A stretch of DNA of 23,608 nt from a candidate division WOR-3 bacterium (GTDB lineage Bacteria > Hydrothermota > Tepidihabitantia > Tepidihabitantales > DTDR01). Below, piece by piece: positions 8,231-16,365 of the stretch. The stretch covers positions 1 through 23,608 of the forward strand of contig JBDRVN010000022.1 in NCBI GenBank assembly GCA_039801885.1. Direction: 5' to 3'. Both the position numbers and the translations under genes were made by a program. The notes below the pieces were generated by a model. It searched no databases. It was not told where the DNA came from and was given only the letters and a program-made list of their open reading frames with translations. Positions within the stretch are counted from its first letter, which is position 1. Each line of letters opens with the position of its first letter.

Positions 8231-8258
8231 ATTATAACAAATTCTAAAAAAAAGTCAA
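8231..8258 (-). promoter_or_regulatory. Sigma70-type promoter, copy B
   Basis: TTGACT (8258-8253), 16 nt spacer, TATAAT (8236-8231), extended -10. Confidence 0.75.
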
Positions 8259-8352
8259 TAGAAATTTTTATTTTTTTATTTTAATTTTATCCTTATTTTT
8301 CAATGACTTAAAAATTTCTAAATTTGCTCACCAATTTTTTAAGAAAAGGGTT

Positions 8353-9978
8353 TTAATAAATCACAATTTTTATCAGTTTATCCTTTTTCTTTAAGAAATA
8401 TATTCCCTTCTTCTTTTTAAAAGAAATTAACCTGCCAATTGGATCATAAAGTTTTATTATCTCTTCTTTTAATAAATCTTTCTTTTCTTCTTTTATTCCA
8501 ATTACCATTAATCTTTTTATCCTTTGGTTATTATTAGGATTTAGGTCTCCTAAAAGATAAGTGTTAACCGAGATTGAATATTCGCCAGAAGGAAGGGTAA
8601 ATTCGGAAAAAGAGATAAGTGTCTCTTCTTGGGGAGAAAGGGATGGAATAGTTAATTGTTCAAGAATGGTAGTGTCGAGATAAAGGCGGGTAGTAAAAGA
8701 GCCACTGTTGGTATTTCCGAAATTTTTAATCTTTGCTCTTACTTTAATTGTCTCGCCAACTCCGATCGTCTCAGGAAGAATAATACTCTCAACACCAACA
8801 TCTTTCACTCTAACAAATATCATTCTTTTAATAGTATCGTTATGAGGAAATTGGTCATCCCTTAAATAGGTTCGGGCAACTATTAAAATGGAATCGCGAA
8901 AATTCATTTGTAAAGAAGAGAAGATAAAGGTTGTCTCTCTCCGTGGCGGTAAGTTATTAATCCGGATACTATCAAAATAGGTATTGGCAATATTTAAATA
9001 GCAAGAGAAATTCTCATTAAAATCACCATTATTTCTTACTTTTATCTGGGGAGAAATTATTGCTGACGAATCAATCAGGGTAGGCGGAGAAATAATTGAA
9101 GTTGGTGAGATATCATGAACTTTTAATAGGTCTCGCCAGCAAAGTCCTAAAGAAACCTGATAAAGATAAGTGGGGTTAGAACTTAAAAGGAAGATATAAA
9201 CAGTGGAATCTAAATTTAAATTCTCGGGCTCCCAAATATCGCCACCAACAATTACTGAGGGCATATTAGCACTTCTTCTTAAATTTCCTAAGGTATCATA
9301 TTGATTTAAAACATTAGAATTTCTATTTCCACCTAAAATCCAAAAGGTATCTCTTCCTTGCGGTGTATCATTGGTTGCATAGAAAAAATTTGCCAACCAA
9401 CCTAAATAAGCAAGATTTTTATTGCCAATAACCCTTTTTCTTTCAAAATCTAAAAGATACCAATTATTAGTAGAGTTTTGATTGGGAGTGTAATAAATAT
9501 TTCGGTAATAATCAAAATCACCAAAGATTCCATAATCAATAGAAGAAAGAAACCAGGTATCTGATGGATTTTGATAAAATCGGAAGGTATCAGGTTTTAT
9601 CTCTCGCATCTTTACTGCAATTGAGCGGGGAGGCAGACTTAAATCCACATATTGAATATGCCAAAGACATCGCTCTTCTTGATTATAAGCAATTCCATAA
9701 AAATAATCGGGAAAGGTAGAATCAAAATTGGGGTAATTTAAATAAGAAATTTCATAAGAAAGGGAAGGATTATCAGGAAAGAAACGGTAAATCCGACATT
9801 GATGAATATTTTGGGAATAAGTAAGGATATAAAAAGAATTATTTTTCTTTGACCAGGTAACACCACCACCAAAGGGTGCTAAACTTATTCGCCATTGATT
9901 AACAACTGTGCCAAAAGGTGGAATTTCTTCGGTCTTTAAAAGGGAAAAAATTAAAATAAATAAAAAGATTTTTTTCAT
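8353..9978 (-). CDS. Secreted protein, shorter paralog of 4892-8107 (propeller-like domain, 2 CARDB domains, short CTD)
   Basis: Shares PPFGTVV, GGG(I/V)TW, GIAYN, DTFW, DIWEP.N..LDSTVY, QVS.GL.W.D...VHD and NDT with the neighbour, but lacks the Kelch-like module. Ends YDPIGRLI..KGIYFLK..KIVIY. Confidence 0.88.
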   Translation of the reverse strand: MKKIFLFILIFSLLKTEEIPPFGTVVNQWRISLAPFGGGVTWSKKNNSFYILTYSQNIHQCRIYRFFPDNPSLSYEISYLNYPNFDSTFPDYFYGIAYNQEERCLWHIQYVDLSLPPRSIAVKMREIKPDTFRFYQNPSDTWFLSSIDYGIFGDFDYYRNIYYTPNQNSTNNWYLLDFERKRVIGNKNLAYLGWLANFFYATNDTPQGRDTFWILGGNRNSNVLNQYDTLGNLRRSANMPSVIVGGDIWEPENLNLDSTVYIFLLSSNPTYLYQVSLGLCWRDLLKVHDISPTSIISPPTLIDSSAIISPQIKVRNNGDFNENFSCYLNIANTYFDSIRINNLPPRRETTFIFSSLQMNFRDSILIVARTYLRDDQFPHNDTIKRMIFVRVKDVGVESIILPETIGVGETIKVRAKIKNFGNTNSGSFTTRLYLDTTILEQLTIPSLSPQEETLISFSEFTLPSGEYSISVNTYLLGDLNPNNNQRIKRLMVIGIKEEKKDLLKEEIIKLYDPIGRLISFKKKKGIYFLKKKDKLIKIVIY

Positions 9979-10019
9979 TTTCCCCTCCTTTTAGTTGTTG
10001 GATTTTATTAATAATAATA

Positions 10020-11240
10020 TTAATATATTATAATCTTTTTAAAGGTATTATTACTTTTCAATAGATAAACTCCCTTTTTTAGTTGATAAGAATTATATTT
10101 TCTACCATCAATTGAATAGATTTCTTTAGAATTAAAAGAAGATATTTTAATTTTATAATCACTCATCTCTTCAATGGCAACAATATCACGGAAGATTGCC
10201 ACTTTATCACCCCAACTAATAGTAGCATAAACTCTTTGATTTGTTCGGTTTAGAGCAAATCTGTTTACTCCTTGACCAACTTGGAAACGTCGGACAATTG
10301 AATTGTTTTGGGGATTAATGATATAAACTGTATCACCATTATAACTATTCCCATAAAGGCGATTAGAAACCGGACTATAAAAAATTGCTGTTGGATTAGG
10401 AATATTAGAAATTGTTCCTACTACATTATTACTGCTACCATCAATTATAGAAATATTATTGCTACCGGAATTGGCAACATATATCATATTATTAGAAGAA
10501 GAATAGGCAAGTCCTTTTGGACCAGTTCCAACAACCACGGAAGAGACATTGTGATTAGGTAATTGAATAATTGATACCCGATTAGATGAGTAATTGCTTA
10601 CATATATTTTATTATTATTTGGATTGTAGCAGGCAGTTTGGGGGTCTAATAATAAATTCACAGAAGTTTCAACAGTACCGTTAGCCGCATCAATCACATG
10701 CATAAAACCATTTTGACCCATCCGCGAGGCTAAGCAATATACTTTACCAGTAGATGAAATATAAAAAATACCTACTGGATTTCCTTGGACAGGAATAAGA
10801 TTTATTAAATTATTATTCTGGTCAATAACTGCTACTCCATTATTTGTAGCAGCACAAATTAAGTTATTATTAATATCTACGGTTAAATCAAAAACCGAAC
10901 CACCAACATCAACTAAGGTAACTAAATTATTATTAATCGCATCAATTACCGCAACATTATTGCTTGATAAATTACCAACATAAACTCTGTTGGTTCGGGG
11001 ATTAAAGACAATCTTTTGTGCCTGATTGCCGACATTTTCTACTGTGCCGATAATCTGATTGTTTTCACCATTGATTACCCAAACCCGCGAAGTTGCTTCT
11101 TGATTAACAACAAATACCTTGTTATGAACCGAATCCCAACAAATGTCAATTGGCCAGCGTCCAACTTGAAGAAGAGTTTCCAATTCTTGGGCATTTAAAA
11201 GGAAAAAAGAAAAAATCAAAATAGAAAGGATTTTTTTCAT
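10020..11240 (-). CDS. Secreted YncE/YVTN-type beta-propeller protein with a short T9SS-like tail
   Basis: Repeats such as VG..P...(YN)P.NN.IYVAN..SNN(V/I)S(V/I)ID. Start moved to MKKILSIL (11240) because AGGAGG lies at 11246-11251. Confidence 0.88.
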   Translation of the reverse strand: MKKILSILIFSFFLLNAQELETLLQVGRWPIDICWDSVHNKVFVVNQEATSRVWVINGENNQIIGTVENVGNQAQKIVFNPRTNRVYVGNLSSNNVAVIDAINNNLVTLVDVGGSVFDLTVDINNNLICAATNNGVAVIDQNNNLINLIPVQGNPVGIFYISSTGKVYCLASRMGQNGFMHVIDAANGTVETSVNLLLDPQTACYNPNNNKIYVSNYSSNRVSIIQLPNHNVSSVVVGTGPKGLAYSSSNNMIYVANSGSNNISIIDGSSNNVVGTISNIPNPTAIFYSPVSNRLYGNSYNGDTVYIINPQNNSIVRRFQVGQGVNRFALNRTNQRVYATISWGDKVAIFRDIVAIEEMSDYKIKISSFNSKEIYSIDGRKYNSYQLKKGVYLLKSNNTFKKIIIY

Positions 11241-11273
11241 TGCTTCCTCCTTTTTTAAAAAATTCATAATATA

Positions 11274-11301
11274 ATTATAACCATTTTTTTTATAATGTCA
11301 A
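11274..11301 (-). promoter_or_regulatory. Consensus sigma70 promoter
   Basis: TTGACA (11301-11296), 16 nt spacer, TATAAT (11279-11274). Confidence 0.7.
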
Positions 11302-11303
11302 AC

Positions 11304-11729
11304 TTATTCGGCATAATAGATATGCCAATTATTATCTTTCTTTAAATATAAGGTTAATAAGTCTTTGTAAAAGACTTCGTATTCTTTGATATCTAATGCC
11401 AAACCGATTGCCCGCACCGATAAACTACAGACCGCTAAACTATTATCTACTTTTATTCGCTCTTTTAAAAAGTAGATTTTTATCTCATCATATTGATTGA
11501 AGATATTATATAATCTTATTAAAAGTCTCTCATAATTGTGACCAAAATTGTCATAATAGTTTTTATCAAGAATTTTGCTTATTTTCTCTAAATCTTCATT
11601 CTCACAAGCAGTCTTTGCCTCGTGGATAACTTTTTTTACTTTCTCTTCTTCACTGATAATAAAATATTTGTCAATAAGAAAATAGAGAAAGATAGTTAAG
11701 AAAATTAAAAATAAAAGATAACGCCACAT
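11304..11729 (-). CDS. Membrane-anchored hypothetical protein, possibly NTF2/SnoaL-like fold
   Basis: N-terminal TM helix, then an alpha/beta pattern (..ACENEDLEKISKILDKNYYD...LYLKKDNNWHIYYAE) resembling NTF2-like domains. Confidence 0.7.
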   Translation of the reverse strand: MWRYLLFLIFLTIFLYFLIDKYFIISEEEKVKKVIHEAKTACENEDLEKISKILDKNYYDNFGHNYERLLIRLYNIFNQYDEIKIYFLKERIKVDNSLAVCSLSVRAIGLALDIKEYEVFYKDLLTLYLKKDNNWHIYYAE

Positions 11730-11734
11730 ATTTA

Positions 11735-11796
11735 ATTATGGAAAGGAAATTTATTAAGTCAATATTCTTGACTTTATTTTATAAAATAATTATAAT
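11735..11796. promoter_or_regulatory. Back-to-back divergent sigma70 promoters
   Basis: Plus strand: TTGACT (11768-11773), 17 nt, TATAAT (11791-11796). Minus strand: TTGACT (11762-11757), 16 nt, CATAAT (11740-11735). Each -10 box is 5 nt from an ATG. Confidence 0.65.
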
Positions 11797-11801
11797 TTTG
11801 T

Positions 11802-12114
11802 ATGGCATTTGTTTTGGGAATATTATCGGTAGTGATTGCCTTATTATCTATCTTTTTAGCCATTTATCTTTCTAAAAGAACCGATAAATTAATCCACACC
11901 GAAGATATGCGAGCAAAATTAATAATTGAAGAGGGAAATAGAAGATTGGAAGAAATAATGAAAAAGAACGCAAGAGATGATGAATGAGGGAAACGAAAGA
12001 TTGGAAAAAATAATTCAAGAAGGAAATTTAAGATTAGAAAGGATAATTGAGGAGATGGATAAAAGACATACCGAAATATTAAAATATCTCGCTGAATTAG
12101 TCGCCCATAAATAA
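11802..12114 (+). pseudogene. Frameshifted TM plus coiled-coil repeat protein (about 103 aa if restored)
   Basis: ORF 11802-11987 stops early. Removing one A from the A5 run at 11961-11965 continues it as RTQEMMNEGNERLEKIIQEGNLRLERIIEEMDKRHTEILKYLAELVAHK*, repeating the upstream IIEEGNRRLEE unit. Confidence 0.65.
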
Positions 12115-12119
12115 TTTAA

Positions 12120-13136
12120 TTATTTTATTATCACCTTCTTTCTTATCTTTTTCTCTTCTTTAATAAAGTAAATTCCCTTTCTTAAAGATATAGAGTTATT
12201 TATTCTTTTTCCCAAGATATTATAAATCTTTAAACTAACCTCTTTCTCCTTTTCTTTAATACCAACCGCTCTGGTTATTGTGATATTTAACCTAATTGTA
12301 TCGTTTATCTTTCTTGTATCACTTCTCAAAGCAGTATAAATCTTTGCTGAATAGTTTCCAGTTGGCAGGTTTACTCGCCAGAATATTCTTGTTCTTATTC
12401 GGCTATTTGGTGGCAGAGTCAAATAAGTAGTTTCAATGGGTATCTCATTTAGTTTAAAAACTATCGGAACTTCCCTTTCAAAAAATCCGCCACATTCTTT
12501 TGTCCAGATATCAATCGGATAGATAGAATCAAGATAGCAGGTATCAGGTAAACCAGCAATTGAATCTAAAGAAACATCGTGATATTCAACAATCGCGCAC
12601 ATCTGCATATCAGTTGCTGGTGAGAATAAAGAATAACCAACCCCTTGTTGATGGCGCCAATGAATACCCGAAGGAGCATTTAAACTTGAATCCCTTAACC
12701 AATTAAGACCATAAGTGGTATCATAACCACTCAAGATAAAAAGATAGAAACTACCATCCCAAATAGTGCAATTTGGCGGCACCGGATGATAGACAAAAGA
12801 TAAGGTATAACTTGTTGCCAAGGTATCAAAGAAAAATAAAGTAGTCTGCGGCGCACCACCACTACCATCATCATCCACAATCCTAATATGCATCGCCGGA
12901 TGATAGAGCCGAAAGACCCGATGATAGATACCATTAATAATTGCCGGATAATAATTGGGAGTTAATTTGACACCAAAACCAAAATATTTACCACTGCCAG
13001 TATAACCACCACCATAAGGTTCAATATTACACCATTTTAAAGTATCTAAACCCGGATAACTATTGGGATAAAGAATATCATAATAAGCAAAAGAAAAAGA
13101 AATAAATATAATAGAAAATAAAGTTATCTTTTTCAT
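12120..13136 (-). CDS. Secreted protein with a CARDB/Ig-like domain and short T9SS-like tail
   Basis: Signal peptide MKKITLFSIIFISFSFA; HDVSLDSI...NDTIRLNITI; ends GIKE..LKIYNILGKRI..RKGIYFIK..KKVIIK. AGGAGG at 13141-13146. Confidence 0.85.
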   Translation of the reverse strand: MKKITLFSIIFISFSFAYYDILYPNSYPGLDTLKWCNIEPYGGGYTGSGKYFGFGVKLTPNYYPAIINGIYHRVFRLYHPAMHIRIVDDDGSGGAPQTTLFFFDTLATSYTLSFVYHPVPPNCTIWDGSFYLFILSGYDTTYGLNWLRDSSLNAPSGIHWRHQQGVGYSLFSPATDMQMCAIVEYHDVSLDSIAGLPDTCYLDSIYPIDIWTKECGGFFEREVPIVFKLNEIPIETTYLTLPPNSRIRTRIFWRVNLPTGNYSAKIYTALRSDTRKINDTIRLNITITRAVGIKEKEKEVSLKIYNILGKRINNSISLRKGIYFIKEEKKIRKKVIIK

Positions 13137-13165
13137 AAAACCTCCTTGATTATTTTCATTTATCT

Positions 13166-13194
13166 ATTTTATAAAATATTTAAATAAAAATCAA
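13166..13194 (-). promoter_or_regulatory. Sigma70-type promoter
   Basis: TTGATT (13194-13189), 17 nt spacer, TAAAAT (13171-13166). Confidence 0.5.
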
Positions 13195-13322
13195 TAAGTT
13201 TAAAGGTAAAAATCTTTCTTAATTAATGTTTGAATATTTGTAAAAAATACCTAAAAAGATTGATCCTAAGGCAGTCTCCAAGGTAGTATAGTAGATAGCC
13301 CCCTATCCGCATTGCTAAAATT

Positions 13323-13450
13323 ATTTAAGTAATTTAATATCAATAACTTATAAGAAATTTTTGTGAAATAAAAAGTTTCCATACAGGAAACTGGAAAATT
13401 AATTTAAGTAATTGAAAATCAAAGGCTTATCAATTTGGCGCTTTTATTGT
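13323..13450 (+). promoter_or_regulatory. Two IHF-consensus repeats flanking a palindrome, followed by a degenerate sigma54 -24/-12 box
   Basis: WATCAANNNNTTR matches at 13338-13350 and 13417-13429; AGTTTCC-N5-GGAAACT at 13374-13392; TGGCGC-N5-TTGT at 13436-13450. Confidence 0.4.
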
Positions 13451-13468
13451 TTTAATATTGACATATTT

Positions 13469-13975
13469 TTAAAAGCCTTTTTTCCAGCCTTTCATTTTAC
13501 GAAGCATTTTCTTTATCTTGCCTTCAAAACCAATATGAAAGAGTAGATATTTTGCCTGTTGTTCGGGTGTTAAAATCGCAAATATTTCGTCTTGGATTTT
13601 TTCGCATTCACTTTGGTGTTTTTTATCGTTATTTCTTATTAGGTCAACTTGTTTTTTTATCTCATCAGGTTTTACTTTCTTTGCAAGAAGTTCGGAGAGT
13701 TTTTCAATCTCTTTATCCCTTTCTTCTTTTCTTTTTTCTTTCAATTCTCTTATTCTCTTTAACTTGGGAAATATTTTGCTTATCTGTTCTTCGCTAAGAT
13801 TTAACTCTTCGGTTAGCCGCCAAATCCTTAAATTTTCTAATGTTTCAAGTGGTTTGGGGTCTTCGGGCGGTGGTGGATTATGCTTTTCGCAAGGACAGGG
13901 TTGAGAATAAATAGCGAGAGCAAAAACTAATAAAGGAAGAATTAAAAAAATTTTCTTTATATTTTTTCCTTTCAT
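13469..13975 (-). CDS. Spy/CpxP-family periplasmic helical protein
   Basis: Signal peptide; LTxxQ-type motifs LNLSEEQ and ILTPEQQAKY; follows an ECF sigma/anti-sigma pair. Confidence 0.82.
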   Translation of the reverse strand: MKGKNIKKIFLILPLLVFALAIYSQPCPCEKHNPPPPEDPKPLETLENLRIWRLTEELNLSEEQISKIFPKLKRIRELKEKRKEERDKEIEKLSELLAKKVKPDEIKKQVDLIRNNDKKHQSECEKIQDEIFAILTPEQQAKYLLFHIGFEGKIKKMLRKMKGWKKGF

Positions 13976-13976
13976 T

Positions 13977-14513
13977 TTAACCTCCCTTTTTATTTAGATT
14001 TTTTATTAAATATTCCAGTTCTTCATTTTTTAAATTAAATATTAAATCGTAATATTCTTTCTCTTCTACTAATCTTTCTTCTAATAAAATCAAACCTTCT
14101 TCTTTTATCTCTTTGCTTAACTCTTTTAAAATTTTTTCTTCTTCCTGAGAAGAAAGATTATAAATCATTGTTTCATAATTTTCTTCTAATACATATTCTT
14201 CTATCTCGGTTTTTCTTTCCTTTAAAAAAAGAAGGGAAAGGAAAAATATAAAAATAAGAAAACTTGCTAAAGTTGATGCCAAAACAAAATTTTTCTTCTT
14301 TCTCTTTTTTATCCTTTCTTGTAACTTTTCATAGAAAAAGGAAAAGGAAGGAGTATATTCTTTTTTATTAATTTCTTCTTTTATCAACTGAAATTCCTTT
14401 TGATATTTCTGACATAAGGAACAGTTAATTAAATGTTCTTTAATTATTCTTTTCTCTTCTTCTGGTAATAAGTCTGATAGGTAATTAAAAATTTTCTCAC
14501 GGTCGCATTTCAT
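13977..14513 (-). CDS. Anti-sigma factor with zf-HC2 domain and one TM helix
   Basis: MKC...YLSDLL.EEE...IKEHLINCSLC (HxxxCxxC), then a TM segment. ATGA overlap with the sigma gene. Confidence 0.88.
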   Translation of the reverse strand: MKCDREKIFNYLSDLLPEEEKRIIKEHLINCSLCQKYQKEFQLIKEEINKKEYTPSFSFFYEKLQERIKKRKKKNFVLASTLASFLIFIFFLSLLFLKERKTEIEEYVLEENYETMIYNLSSQEEEKILKELSKEIKEEGLILLEERLVEEKEYYDLIFNLKNEELEYLIKNLNKKGG

Positions 14514-15013
14514 ATTTTTCTTTCTAAAAATCTTGCTAATTTTTTATGGGCATTAAAAAGGGATGATTTTATTGTCCCTTCTTTTAGTTTCAGAACTTCA
14601 CAAATCTCTTTGATTTTTAAACCATCGGAATGGTAAAGCAAGAAAACAGTTTTTTCTAAGGGTGCCAGTTTATCTAAATATTTTTCAATCAGTTCTTTTA
14701 ATCTTTTATTCTCATATTCTTTTTCAATATCAATTGGCGAAGGAATCTTTTCCCATTCTACTTCTTCTTCGCTCTCTTTGCTTTTCTCTTTTCTTAAAAG
14801 GTATAGACAATGATTAACAGCAATCCGATATAGCCAAGTAAAAATTTCTGAACGACCTTGAAACTTGTGAAGATTTTTATAAACCTTGATAAAGATTTCT
14901 TGGGTGGCATCAAAGGCTTTCTCGTTGTCTTTTAAGATTTTTTTTGATAGATTATAAACTCTATCGTAATACATCTTTACTATCTCATTAAACTCTTCTT
15001 CTCTTTTCTCCAT
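14510..15013 (-). CDS. ECF-family RNA polymerase sigma factor
   Basis: Region 2: AFDATQEIFIKVY..L.KFQGRSEIFTWLYRIAVNHC. Region 4: VFLLYHSDGL..KEICEVL....GTIKSSLFNA. Confidence 0.93.
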   Translation of the reverse strand: MEKREEEFNEIVKMYYDRVYNLSKKILKDNEKAFDATQEIFIKVYKNLHKFQGRSEIFTWLYRIAVNHCLYLLRKEKSKESEEEVEWEKIPSPIDIEKEYENKRLKELIEKYLDKLAPLEKTVFLLYHSDGLKIKEICEVLKLKEGTIKSSLFNAHKKLARFLERKI

Positions 15014-15030
15014 TTAATTAGACAATCTTT

Positions 15031-16365
15031 TTAGTTAAATGGTTTATTTAAATTTTTTCTCTTATAGAATAGAAAAAGTAAGAATGCCCGAATTGCCCAA
15101 TCAATTACTGTGCCATACCAAACACCGGAAATACCCAATTTTAAAGAGATTGCTAAAAAATAGATTAAACCAATCCTAATCAAGAAAGTAGAGAGTAAGG
15201 CGACAATCATTGGGCTTAAAGTATCACCCATTCCTCTTAAACCACCGGCATAAACAAAGTATAATGCTAACTGGGGCTGCTCAAAGGCACCAATTCTTAC
15301 TAAATTAATAGCAAATCTTCTTACCGATGCTTCGGGATTAAAAATTGCCACTAAATTTCGCGGGAAAAAGAAAAATAAAAGACCGATTGCTGACATAATT
15401 AATAAAGAATAAAAAGAAGTTTTTTTGATAGCAAAATCAACCAAATCTTTTCTTTTAGCACCAAACGCTTGACCAGCCAAGGTAGTTGCCACAATACCAA
15501 AGGCACTGCCAGGCATAAAGGAAAGAGATTCTATTCTCACGGCAATCTGATGGGCGGCTAAAGAGATTGTCCCTAAACTGGCAACAATTCTTATAAAGAT
15601 GAGAAAACCAAGATTTAATAAAAGTTGTTCATTTGCCGCCGGCAAACTTATTTTAATAAACTCTTTAAAATAAGAAAAGTTTAATATTTTCTTTACTTTT
15701 TCTTTGATTTTCATTTTTATTACAATTAATGATAAAATTGCTGCTCCTAAACCACCAATTCCGGTTCCTAAACCAGCACCTTTAATTCCTAAAGAGGGAA
15801 AAAAGAAAATACCGAATATTAAAAAATAGTTAAGAATGATTGTTAATATTTGGAAGGCTAAAGAGATTAACATTGGTGTTTTTGTATCACCGTATCCTCT
15901 TAAAATTCCATTATTGATTAAGAATATCATTCGAAAAAGAAGGAAAAGGATAATAAAATTAAGATATTCACTTCCCTTAATTGCCACTTCTTTTTCGGCT
16001 CCCATTAAAATCATTAAATTTCTTCTTAGAGGATATAAAATAAAGGTAATTAAAAGACCAAAAAGAAAGGCAAAGAAGATTACAAAATTTAGGAGTTCTT
16101 TTGCCTTTTTGAAATCTTTGGCACCGACTGCTTGGGCAATTAAAGAAGTGGCACCAATTTGAAAACCCAAAAAGATATTAATAATGGCAAAGATAATTGT
16201 ATTGGCAAGACCGGCTGCTGCCAAATCAGTTGTTCCTAAATGGCTTAACATCACCATATTGAAGAAAAGGACTATTGTTTGAAAGATATTTTCTAAGATT
16301 ACTGGATAAACTAAACTGAAAATTGTCTTTCTGGAATTAATGGCTAACTCATTGACTAAATCCAT
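15031..16365 (-). CDS. MATE family efflux transporter
   Basis: About 12 TM helices with two internal repeats, GILRGYGDTKTPM and GGLRGMGDTLSPM; LGIKGAGLGT; LAAHQIA. Confidence 0.93.
   Translation of the reverse strand: MDLVNELAINSRKTIFSLVYPVILENIFQTIVLFFNMVMLSHLGTTDLAAAGLANTIIFAIINIFLGFQIGATSLIAQAVGAKDFKKAKELLNFVIFFAFLFGLLITFILYPLRRNLMILMGAEKEVAIKGSEYLNFIILFLLFRMIFLINNGILRGYGDTKTPMLISLAFQILTIILNYFLIFGIFFFPSLGIKGAGLGTGIGGLGAAILSLIVIKMKIKEKVKKILNFSYFKEFIKISLPAANEQLLLNLGFLIFIRIVASLGTISLAAHQIAVRIESLSFMPGSAFGIVATTLAGQAFGAKRKDLVDFAIKKTSFYSLLIMSAIGLLFFFFPRNLVAIFNPEASVRRFAINLVRIGAFEQPQLALYFVYAGGLRGMGDTLSPMIVALLSTFLIRIGLIYFLAISLKLGISGVWYGTVIDWAIRAFLLFLFYKRKNLNKPFN

Larger units (their letters stand above)
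8112..8316. repeat. Duplicated upstream/leader block, copy B (partner about 1003-1205)
   Basis: 8188-8261 is identical to 1075-1148, and the flanks are alignable. Confidence 0.92.

Noticed and set aside
1003-8316. Duplicated blocks as IS ends, att sites or a CRISPR array
   Set aside because: Only two direct copies, each positioned exactly as promoter plus leader. No transposase, integrase, spacers or cas genes.
11241-11267. Upstream start MNFLKKEEA for the YncE-like gene
   Set aside because: The extension contains the SD, and the signal peptide begins at ATG 11240.
13270-13305. Weak 12-nt periodicity GGCAGTCTCCAA/GGTAGTATAGTA/GATAGCCCCCTA in a GC-richer intergenic patch
   Set aside because: Only three highly degenerate units, too weak to call a repeat without further genomic copies.
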